Part shown: piece by piece, positions 18,241-26,561 of the stretch
Numbering within the stretch: position 1 is the stretch's first letter
Layout: each line of letters starts with the position of its first letter
Origin: an uncultured bacterium
GTDB lineage: Bacteria > Oederibacteriota > JAAXVQ01 > JAUVAV01
Direction: 5' to 3'
Assembly (NCBI GenBank): GCA_963710755.1
Contig: CAVQBK010000003.1
Location: 1,056,001 to 1,120,000, forward strand
DNA length: 64,000 nt
Notes under the pieces: model-generated
Seen by the model: only the letters and a program-made list of their open reading frames with translations
The model's database searches: none
What the model was told of the DNA's origin: nothing
Program-made: the position numbers and the translations under genes

Positions 18241-20739
18241 ATGAAAGCAATGGTAATGGCCGGAGGATTTGGCACGCGTTTGCGTCCTCTCACCTGCAAT
18301 ATTCCCAAGCCCATGGTGCCCATGATCAACCGCCCCATGCTGGAACATATCTTTGATTTGCTCAAGGTACATGGCTTCACGGACGTGGTGGTGGCTTTGT
18401 ACTTCCAGCCGGAAGTAATTCAGGATTATTTTGGCGATGGTAAAAAATTCGGATTAAACATTGATTATATTCTGCCGGAAGGGGATTTGGGTACCGCCGG
18501 ATGTGTCAAATATGCACAAGACCTTCTCGGCAAGGAATCTTTCCTGGTCATCTCCGGGGATGTGTTGACCAATATCAATTTATCCAAAGCTGTGGCGTAC
18601 CACCAGGAAAAAAAATCGATGGCCACTATCGTACTGGGACGGGAGGAAAACCCCTTGGCCTATGGGGTGGTCATCACCAAAGACGATGGCCGCATTGCTC
18701 GTTTTTTGGAAAAGCCCACCTGGGGCGAAGTGTTTTCCGACACCATCAACACGGGCATCTATATTTTGGAACCGGAGGTGCTGGAGCGTATACCTTCGGA
18801 AGGAGATTATGATTTTAGCAAGCAGCTCTTTCCTGAGATTTTAAACGCAGACCTGCCGTTGTACGGCTATATCGCGGAAAACAACTATTGGAAAGATGTG
18901 GGCAATCTTACCGAATATCGTCAGGCCCATTATGATGCCATCAAGGCGGCTGGGGCCCTGGGTCAGCCCGGTGAAGGTCAGTGGAGCAAGGGTAACTGGA
19001 TCGGTCCCGGTTGTCAGATCGATCCGTCAGCGGTTTTGGAAGAAGGCGTTATTCTGGGGCCTCATTGCTGGATCGGTCCCAATGTGCGTATTGCCAATTC
19101 GGTGTTGGGCAAATCCTGCCGGGTGGGCGAAGGCTCTAAAATTATCGGTGCGGTAATTTGGGACAATGTTTCCATTGGTAATGGCGCCAACCTCAAGGAA
19201 GTCACCATTGGCAATGATTGTAAAATCGGAGCAAGAAGTTATATTGGCGTGGGCGCCGTGGTGGCCGACTTTTGCACGATTGGAGAGGAAGCCACGGTCA
19301 AAGCGGAAGTCAAGGTATGGCCCTATAAAGTCATCGAAGACGGCACTACGTTGTCCACATCGCTTATTTGGGGTGAACGCTGGACCAAGCACATATTCGA
19401 TGCCTATGGCGTCACGGGTGTAGGTAATGTAGAGATCACCCCTGAGTTTGCCGCCAAACTGGGGGCAGCCTATGGCGCTTCTCTGAAAAAAGGTGCTATT
19501 GTGGTTTCAAGCCGTGACAACCACAAATCCTCCCGCATTATTGATCGTGCCATCATGACCGGCTTGGCTTCCGTGGGGGTTAATGTTTATGACTTGCGGG
19601 TGGTGCCCACGCCCGTGGCCAGATACGCCGTGCGGGCCTTAAAGGTGGCCGGCGGATTTCATGTACGCAAATCACCCTATGATCCCAAATTAATGGATAT
19701 CAAATTTTTCGATAATCAAGGCAAAGAACTGACCAGTGCCAAGGAGAAAGGCATTGAGAATCTCTTTTTTCGCGAAGATTTTCCGCGGGCCGATATGGAG
19801 GAAGCCGGAGAGATCATGTTTCCGCCGCGGGCCCTGGAATATTATCAGGAAGGGTTTGTGAGCCTGCTCAACCGGGAAAAAATCAGGGAGGCCCAGTTTA
19901 AGGTGGTCATCGATTATGCCTGGGGCAGCGCGGTCAATATTTTTCCCCAGGTCCTGGGTGATCTGCACTGCGAGGTGGTGGCCTTAAACTCCTACCCTGA
20001 CGGCACGCGTCTAACCCGGTCTAAAATTGATTTTGAACAATCACTCAGCCGCTTGGGTGAAATCGTGGGCACCCTGAAAGCCCAGGTGGGCATCATGATG
20101 GACGCGGGTGCCCAGAAAATATTTATTGCCGATAACAGCGGCCGTGTGCTTGACGGTGATCTGGCGTTGGCGTTGATGGCCTTGTTAATTTTCAAAACCA
20201 AGCGGGGCGCCCGCATTGCCGTACCCATCTCTGTATCCAGAGTGGTGGAAGATTTGGCGGAGCAATTCGGCGGTCAGGTCGTTTACACCAAAACCAATTA
20301 TGCAGCCATTCTGGAAGCGGCCGACCAGAAACGCATTGACTTTGTGGGCGAGGTCAAGGGCGGCTATGTATTTCCCAAATTCCAGCCGGCCTTTGACGCC
20401 ATGATGGCCTCCGCCAAACTGCTGGAGCTCATGGCTTTGGCCGGGGAAACACTCTCTGATCTGGTGGCTCAGGTACCGGCCATTAATATTGTACGGCTTC
20501 ATGTGGCCTGTTCATGGGAGAAAAAAGGAGAGATTATGCGCCGCCTGATTGAGGCCACTCGCAAGGAAAATGTACAGTTGATTGACGGCGTCAAAGTGTG
20601 GCACGGCAAGTCTTGGGTACTCATTATTCCCGATGCCGATAAGCCCATCTTCCATGTCAACGCCGAGGCCGTTTCTTTGGAACAGTCCAAACAATTGGCC
20701 AACCGTTATGTACAGATGATCCAGGAATGGCAGGGGTAG
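18241..20739 (+). CDS. Mannose-1-phosphate guanylyltransferase / phosphomannomutase-like fusion
   Basis: MAGGFGTRLRPLT..PKPM, FLEKP, hexapeptide beta-helix, C-terminal PMM-like domains. Confidence 0.92.
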   Translation: MKAMVMAGGFGTRLRPLTCNIPKPMVPMINRPMLEHIFDLLKVHGFTDVVVALYFQPEVIQDYFGDGKKFGLNIDYILPEGDLGTAGCVKYAQDLLGKESFLVISGDVLTNINLSKAVAYHQEKKSMATIVLGREENPLAYGVVITKDDGRIARFLEKPTWGEVFSDTINTGIYILEPEVLERIPSEGDYDFSKQLFPEILNADLPLYGYIAENNYWKDVGNLTEYRQAHYDAIKAAGALGQPGEGQWSKGNWIGPGCQIDPSAVLEEGVILGPHCWIGPNVRIANSVLGKSCRVGEGSKIIGAVIWDNVSIGNGANLKEVTIGNDCKIGARSYIGVGAVVADFCTIGEEATVKAEVKVWPYKVIEDGTTLSTSLIWGERWTKHIFDAYGVTGVGNVEITPEFAAKLGAAYGASLKKGAIVVSSRDNHKSSRIIDRAIMTGLASVGVNVYDLRVVPTPVARYAVRALKVAGGFHVRKSPYDPKLMDIKFFDNQGKELTSAKEKGIENLFFREDFPRADMEEAGEIMFPPRALEYYQEGFVSLLNREKIREAQFKVVIDYAWGSAVNIFPQVLGDLHCEVVALNSYPDGTRLTRSKIDFEQSLSRLGEIVGTLKAQVGIMMDAGAQKIFIADNSGRVLDGDLALALMALLIFKTKRGARIAVPISVSRVVEDLAEQFGGQVVYTKTNYAAILEAADQKRIDFVGEVKGGYVFPKFQPAFDAMMASAKLLELMALAGETLSDLVAQVPAINIVRLHVACSWEKKGEIMRRLIEATRKENVQLIDGVKVWHGKSWVLIIPDADKPIFHVNAEAVSLEQSKQLANRYVQMIQEWQG

Positions 20740-20845
20740 AGGCTAAGGTCCACACAGTTACTTATTCCCCCAAAAAAGTCATCGGAGCCAGCAATTTTCT
20801 TGAGGAACTGGCTGGTGCATCCAACTTAAAGGCAGGTTAAGCAGC

Positions 20846-22264
20846 ATGAAACAAATTTCATTTGGAACATCGGGATGGCGGGATATCATTGCCGACGGGT
20901 TTACCTTTGATGGCGTCCGGGCGCTGACCCGGGCTGTGGCCAGGGAGTTGAAAAAGAAAAAAATGGGGTCCCGCGGGGTGGTGGTGGGGCATGATTCCCG
21001 TTTTCTTTCGGAGAACTTCGCAGCTTTTGCTGCCCAAATTCTCAGCGAGGAAGGCCTGCCGGTTTATCTGGTGGAAGCCTCTACGCCCACGCCGGTACTG
21101 GCGACCGCTATTTTGGATTTGAAATGCGCCGGAGGCATCAATTTCACCGCCAGCCACAACCCAGCCCAATATCAAGGCTTTAAATGGTCCAACCATTTTG
21201 GCGGACCGGCCACCAAGGAAGAGGTGGCGCCTATTGAAAAAGCGGCCAATGTGCTGCTGGCCCAAGGTGGCGGTCAAGCCCCGCGCGGTGTCAAGCCCGG
21301 CAAGATTACTAAAATTGATCCCAAAAAAGCCTATTTCAGGCGGTTGCATAAAAAAGTCGCCATGGAGGTGCTGAAAGCCGCCAAGTTGAGCGTCGTGGCC
21401 GATCCCCTCTTCGGAGCCGGGCATGGTTATTTGGATGTGGCCTTAAAGGAAGCGGGGTGCAAACTGGAGGTGATGCACGATTGGCGTGATCCTCTGTTTG
21501 GTGGTGGATCGCCTGAACCGAATGGGGAACGACTGGCCGAAGCCGCCAGCCTCATGAAAAAGAAACGGGGGCAATTGACCCTGGGCACGGATGGTGATGC
21601 GGACCGCTTTGGCGTTGTTGACCGGGACGGTACCTACATCACGCCCAATGAAGTGCTGGCCTTGATAGTGTATTTGTTGGTCAAGCACCGCGGTTTAAAA
21701 GGCCGGGTAGTCCGTTCCGTGGTCTCGAGTCATCTGATTGATGCCGTGGCCAAACATTATGGCCTGAGTGTGGAAGTCACGCCGGTGGGCTTTAAGTACA
21801 TTGGTGAGAGCATGCAGCGTCCCGGCTTTTTGATCGGCGGTGAAGAGAGCGGCGGCTTGACCATTGCCGGGCATGTGCCGGAAAAGGATGGCATTCTGGC
21901 CTGCCTTCTGATTGCGGAGCTGGTAGCCCGGGAACAAAAAAGTCTGAAACAAATCCTGCAACATCTTTATCGGCAAGTAGGCACCCTCTACACTGACCGG
22001 CTTAATGTCACCCTGGACTCCTTGGCTTCGGGCAAACGGTTAAAAGCCAAGTTGGAACACTTTCGTCCCCAATCCATGGCTGGAAAAAGAGTCGCGGCCA
22101 TTGATCGAATGGATGGATTTAAATATATACTGGACAATGATAGTTGGCTGGCCATACGCTTGTCCGGCACTGAGCCGGTGGCGCGTTTATACCTGGAAGC
22201 TCACAGTCCCCAGGAATTAAAAAAATTACTGAGCGAAGGCAAACGGCTGCTGGCCAATGCATAA
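20846..22264 (+). CDS. Phosphoglucomutase/phosphomannomutase
   Basis: FGTSGWR, TASHNP, DGDADR, GGEESGG, RLSGTEP. Confidence 0.95.
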   Translation: MKQISFGTSGWRDIIADGFTFDGVRALTRAVARELKKKKMGSRGVVVGHDSRFLSENFAAFAAQILSEEGLPVYLVEASTPTPVLATAILDLKCAGGINFTASHNPAQYQGFKWSNHFGGPATKEEVAPIEKAANVLLAQGGGQAPRGVKPGKITKIDPKKAYFRRLHKKVAMEVLKAAKLSVVADPLFGAGHGYLDVALKEAGCKLEVMHDWRDPLFGGGSPEPNGERLAEAASLMKKKRGQLTLGTDGDADRFGVVDRDGTYITPNEVLALIVYLLVKHRGLKGRVVRSVVSSHLIDAVAKHYGLSVEVTPVGFKYIGESMQRPGFLIGGEESGGLTIAGHVPEKDGILACLLIAELVAREQKSLKQILQHLYRQVGTLYTDRLNVTLDSLASGKRLKAKLEHFRPQSMAGKRVAAIDRMDGFKYILDNDSWLAIRLSGTEPVARLYLEAHSPQELKKLLSEGKRLLANA

Positions 22265-23504
22265 GCCGGTCAGTAAGACTATTTTGCCCAATGGCTTGAC
22301 CTTGCTGGTGCAGCCCTTGCCATCGTTGGCTTCGGTCTCAGTCGGACTGCAGCTGCTTAGCGGGTCGCGTGAAGAAAGTCCGGCGGAAGCCGGATTGACC
22401 CATCTGATTGAACATTTGCTGTTTCAAGGCACGGGCAAGCGCAGTATGCGTGAATTATCGCGCGTGATCAGCGCCGTGGGCGGACAATTGGATGCCTGCA
22501 CCGGCCGTGAGAGCATGACGCTTTACACCAAGGTTCCGCCCCAACACCTGGGACTTGCCCTGGACGTTATGGCCGATATGATTTTTAACAGTGCCCTGCG
22601 CCCCTCCAGTCTGGCTAAAGAGAAGGCGGTCATCACGGAAGAAATCAACATGGTGGATGACACGCCTGATGAATTGATTCACGATCTGTTTCTGCAGGCG
22701 CTTTGGCCTAACCAAGGTTTGGGCCGGGCCATCCTGGGCAGCCTGGACAATTTAAACCAGTTTACCATCCCCCAGATCAAAGCCTTTATGCAGCGCTATT
22801 TCGACCCTTCCAACATGATTTTGGCCGTGGCCGGCAAAGTTTCACCTGCAAGAGTAAGTGCTTTGGCTAAGACCTATTTTGCGGTTTCCGGTGTTGCTCA
22901 TGCTGATGGCCAAGTTTATCCAGGGGAAGAATCGCAACCTTCCCAACCTCTTTGGGAAAAGCGAACCTTGGAACAAGTCCATTTGTGTCTGGGTGTCAAA
23001 GCTTTTGCATATGCTGATCCGCGGCGCGTGGCCGCCATTGCGCTGTCCACCATTCTGGGCGGAGGAGCCAATTCCCGTTTGTTTTATGAAATCAGAGAGC
23101 GCCGGGGGTTGGCCTATGCGGTCTACTCGTTTACTGATTTTTTCCGTGATACGGGCTTGATAGGTGTTTACGCTGCCTGTCAGAAAAAGAATTTTGCCCA
23201 GACCATGGCCGTGATCAAGGAGCAGATTGACCACTTAGTCAGCCGTGGTGTGACAGCTGCCGAGCTGGCGGATGTGAAAGCGCAACTGAAGGGTAATTTA
23301 CAATTGTCCTTGGAGAGTTCCTCCAGTTTTATGTGGAGCATGTTGCAGCAGGAGACTTATTTGCACCAACAACCTTCTCTAGGTTCGGTATTGAAAACAA
23401 TTGACCAGCTTACCAGGCAGGACTTGAAAAAAATTGCACAAACCCTTTTTTCCAATCAATCTTTAATTCCTGCAGTGCTCGGCCCCTACCCTAAAAAAAT
23501 CTGA
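22257..23504 (+). CDS. M16 family zinc peptidase
   Basis: GLTHLIEHLLFQGT (HxxEH), EEINMVDD, SRLFYEIRERRGLAY. Confidence 0.93.
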   Translation: MHKPVSKTILPNGLTLLVQPLPSLASVSVGLQLLSGSREESPAEAGLTHLIEHLLFQGTGKRSMRELSRVISAVGGQLDACTGRESMTLYTKVPPQHLGLALDVMADMIFNSALRPSSLAKEKAVITEEINMVDDTPDELIHDLFLQALWPNQGLGRAILGSLDNLNQFTIPQIKAFMQRYFDPSNMILAVAGKVSPARVSALAKTYFAVSGVAHADGQVYPGEESQPSQPLWEKRTLEQVHLCLGVKAFAYADPRRVAAIALSTILGGGANSRLFYEIRERRGLAYAVYSFTDFFRDTGLIGVYAACQKKNFAQTMAVIKEQIDHLVSRGVTAAELADVKAQLKGNLQLSLESSSSFMWSMLQQETYLHQQPSLGSVLKTIDQLTRQDLKKIAQTLFSNQSLIPAVLGPYPKKI

Positions 23505-23727
23505 TTAAAATAAAATCTGCTAACCAACGCAAACGTAAGTTGAATTCAGGTCAAGAATCTTGCTCCCAAATGAGTGTCTGTTCATTAAGTCTTCGCTCCT
23601 GTCTTAGCGGTAGTTTGAAATGAAGAAAGATCAACCGTCCTGTCTGTATCGCGAATATGATGGTGGATATTAAAAAGTTCATGTCTGTAAGTTTGGAAAA
23701 TGTGTTAAAGGAAATATTAATATTTTA

Positions 23728-23755
23728 TTGACTATTGTGAGATATTTTGTAAACT
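23728..23755 (+). promoter_or_regulatory. Putative sigma70 promoter for the Lys-rich small gene
   Basis: TTGACT (23728-23733)-16 nt-TAAACT, AT-rich upstream. Confidence 0.45.
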
Positions 23756-23814
23756 ATATTTTGTGCTACATCTAATACGACATACACCATCTAGAAAAGG
23801 GGGGCAATTAGGAA

Positions 23815-23928
23815 ATGGCTACAAAAAAGGCTGTAAAAAAAGTAGCGAAGAAAGCCGTGAAAAAGGCTGTAAAAAAAGTAGCGAAGAAAGCAGTAAAAAA
23901 GGTAGCTAAAAAAGCAACAAAGAAATAA
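23815..23928 (+). CDS. 37-aa Lys/Ala/Val repeat protein, histone H1-tail-like (absent from ORF track)
   Basis: MATKKAVKKVAKKAVKKAVKKVAKKAVKKVAKKATKK*; synonymous codon variation between repeats; purine-rich RBS; terminator follows. Confidence 0.85.
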   Translation: MATKKAVKKVAKKAVKKAVKKVAKKAVKKVAKKATKK

Positions 23929-23964
23929 GTACTTTTTGTCCTAAGCATTAGAATACAGAACAAA

Positions 23965-23997
23965 AACGCCGGGCTTTGGCCCGGCGTTATTTTTTTT
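23965..23997 (+). terminator. Intrinsic terminator
   Basis: AACGCCGGGC-TTTG-GCCCGGCGTT followed by A and a T8 tract. Confidence 0.9.
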
Positions 23998-24092
23998 CAG
24001 GCCTTTTCGGATAAATAGGATGATCCGGTTTTTCCGTTGGTCCACTACTGAGCGTCTGCTATAATAACCAAAAATTGAAAAGGGTAATCTCG

Positions 24093-25796
24093 ATGACTAT
24101 AGAAGATCAATTCCAACAATCACATGACCAGCCGGCCAATGCCTGTGCCATCATTCCTTTAGGCGGATTGGGTGAGATCGGGAAAAATATGCTGGTCTTG
24201 GAATGTGAAGGCCAATTACTAATTATAGATGCCGGTCTGGCTTTTCCCACGGAAGAACAACCGGGTATTGATCTTATTATTCCCGATGTCTCTTATATTC
24301 TTGAAAAAGCGGAATCCATTGTTGGCCTTATTTTAACCCATGGCCACGAAGATCATATTGGCGGCGTTCCCTTTCTTTTGAAACAACTTTCCCGTAACCT
24401 GCCCATCTACGGCACGCGTATGACCTTGGGTATGCTACAGAATAAATTGGAAGAGCATCATCTCCTGAGCCAAGTGGAGCTCCGGCCTATTGAAGCCGGG
24501 CAACAGCTGGTTCTGGGGCCCTTTGAAATTGAATTTATCCGGGTAACTCACTCCATTGTGGATGGTGTAGCGCTGGGCATAAAAACACCGGCAGGACGTT
24601 TGGTGCATACAGGCGACTTTAAACTCGATCCCACACCCGTGGACAACCAGGTGACGGACCTGGCGGCTTTTGGTGCCTGGGGCAGAGAAGGGGTGGACTT
24701 GTTGCTGGCGGATTCCACCAATGTGGAAAGAGAAGGTTATACCCTATCGGAAAGAGAAGTAGGTGTGGCGTTTGACGAGATCGTCCGTGATGCCGAGGGC
24801 CGGGTGGTGATTGCTTGTTTTTCCAGTAATATTCACCGCTTTCAGCAAGTCGTGAATACAGCCCTTAAGTTTCAACGTAAAATCGGAGTGCTCGGGTTGA
24901 GCATGGTTAAGAATATGCGCACTGCCCAGGAGTTGGGGTATCTTAACATTCCCGCCAATCTGTGGTTGAAATGGAGTGAAGTGGCCATGCTGCCGCCGAA
25001 AGACACATTGGTATTAACCACGGGCAGTCAAGGTGAACCCAACAGCGCCCTGGCCCGGGCTGCGGTGGGCGAACACCAGGATTTGAGACTGCAGCGCGGA
25101 GATACAGTGGTGATCTCAGCGCGCACCATTCCAGGCAATGAACGCCGCATCGGCACTATGATCAATCAGTTGTTTCATTTGGGCGCGCAGGTGCAATATG
25201 AACGGGTCAGTGAGATTCATGTCTCCGGCCACGCTGCCCGGGAAGAATTGAAAATCATTCATCGCCTGGTCAATGCCCGTCATTTCATGCCTGTACACGG
25301 AGAGACCAGGCATCTGGTTCATCATGCAGCCTTGGCCCATGCCTTGGGTTATGATCCGGAAAATATTTTTATTCTTGAAAATGGTGATCGGCTGGTACTT
25401 ACACCCGAGGGGGTTTCACGGGGTGAACCCGTGCCTTCCGGCCGGGTGCTGGTGGATGGCAAAGGTATGGGGGATGTGGACCAAGTGGTATTGCGCGACC
25501 GCAAGCATCTGGCTCAGGATGGTATGGTGGTGGTCGTGTTGGGCTTGGATCGCCAACAGGGGGAGGTCATCTCCGGGCCTGATATATTAAGCCGTGGCAT
25601 CAGCGAGACGCTGGAACAGGATAAAGTGCGTGAAGAAATGCTGGACGTGGTGCGCCAGGTATTGGCCGAGGAAAACGGCCCGGCTATGAGCGATCCCTTG
25701 ATGATTCAGGATCAACTGCGGCGAGCGTTGAAGAAATATTTTAAGAAAAAAATGATGCGTTTTCCCATGATCGTGCCGGTGGTAATGGAGGTCTAA
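24093..25796 (+). CDS. rnj: Ribonuclease J
   Basis: PLGGLGEIGKNM, THGHEDHIG, HTGDFKLD, DSTN, TGSQGEP, HVSGH, PVHGE. Confidence 0.97.
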   Translation: MTIEDQFQQSHDQPANACAIIPLGGLGEIGKNMLVLECEGQLLIIDAGLAFPTEEQPGIDLIIPDVSYILEKAESIVGLILTHGHEDHIGGVPFLLKQLSRNLPIYGTRMTLGMLQNKLEEHHLLSQVELRPIEAGQQLVLGPFEIEFIRVTHSIVDGVALGIKTPAGRLVHTGDFKLDPTPVDNQVTDLAAFGAWGREGVDLLLADSTNVEREGYTLSEREVGVAFDEIVRDAEGRVVIACFSSNIHRFQQVVNTALKFQRKIGVLGLSMVKNMRTAQELGYLNIPANLWLKWSEVAMLPPKDTLVLTTGSQGEPNSALARAAVGEHQDLRLQRGDTVVISARTIPGNERRIGTMINQLFHLGAQVQYERVSEIHVSGHAAREELKIIHRLVNARHFMPVHGETRHLVHHAALAHALGYDPENIFILENGDRLVLTPEGVSRGEPVPSGRVLVDGKGMGDVDQVVLRDRKHLAQDGMVVVVLGLDRQQGEVISGPDILSRGISETLEQDKVREEMLDVVRQVLAEENGPAMSDPLMIQDQLRRALKKYFKKKMMRFPMIVPVVMEV

Positions 25797-25825
25797 TCCA
25801 GCCTGCCCAAGATCATGAGTGAGAG

Positions 25826-26409
25826 TCCCGACCGGAGCAGATATTATTATGCCAGGGACGCCTACGGCAGCCCCGACCGGAGCAGATATTATTATGCCAG
25901 GGACGCCTGCGGCAGCCCCGACCGGAGCAGATATTATTATGCCAGGGACGCCTACGGCAGCCCCGACCGGAGCAGATATTATTATGCCAGGGACGCCTGC
26001 GGCAGCCCCGACCGGAGCAGATATTATTATGCCAGGGACGCCTACGGCAGCCCCGACCGGAGCAGATATTATTATGCCAGGGACGCCTACGGCAGCCCCG
26101 ACCGGAGCAGATATTATTATGCCAGGGACGCCTACGGCAGCCCCGACCGGAGCAGATATTATTATGCCAGGGACGCCTACGGCAGCCCCGACCGGAGCAG
26201 ATATTATTATGCCAGGGACGCCTACGGCAGCCCCGACCGGAGCAGATATTATTATGCCAGGGACGCCTACGGCAGCCCCGACCGGAGCAGATATTATTAT
26301 GCCAGGGACGCCTACGGCAGCCCCGACCGGAGCAGATATTATTATGCCAGGGACGCCTACGGCAGCCCCGACCGGATAGGATATTATAAGAAAGGGACGC
26401 CTACGGCAG
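25826..26409. repeat. Tandem array A: 12 x 45 bp + 1 x 44 bp terminal variant
   Basis: Unit CCCCGACCGGAGCAGATATTATTATGCCAGGGACGCCTRCGGCAG (G in units 2 and 4); last unit CCCCGACCGGATAGGATATTATAAGAAAGGGACGCCTACGGCAG. Confidence 0.97.
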
Positions 26410-26500
26410 TTCCAAGAACGTAGATCTTGTTGATACAGCATCCAATGTTCCCCTGCCTCAGGCTGCAGGTGTCATCATCAGCCCGGCCTGAAAAAAGTCC

Positions 26501-26529
26501 TTGAACCAAGTCTGCGGCAAAGCTATGAT
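26501..26529 (+). promoter_or_regulatory. sigma70-type promoter of the ftsK operon
   Basis: TTGAAC-17 nt-TATGAT. Confidence 0.5.
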
Positions 26530-26561
26530 GCTATCATTATGAGTTGGAAATGGAAGGCCCA

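Noticed and set aside
25587-26441. Repeat ORFs over array A (PVGAAVGVPGIIISA on -, SPDRSRYYYARDAYG on +)
   Set aside because: A stop-free 45-bp unit opens several frames automatically; the minus ORF overlaps rnj; no synonymous bias
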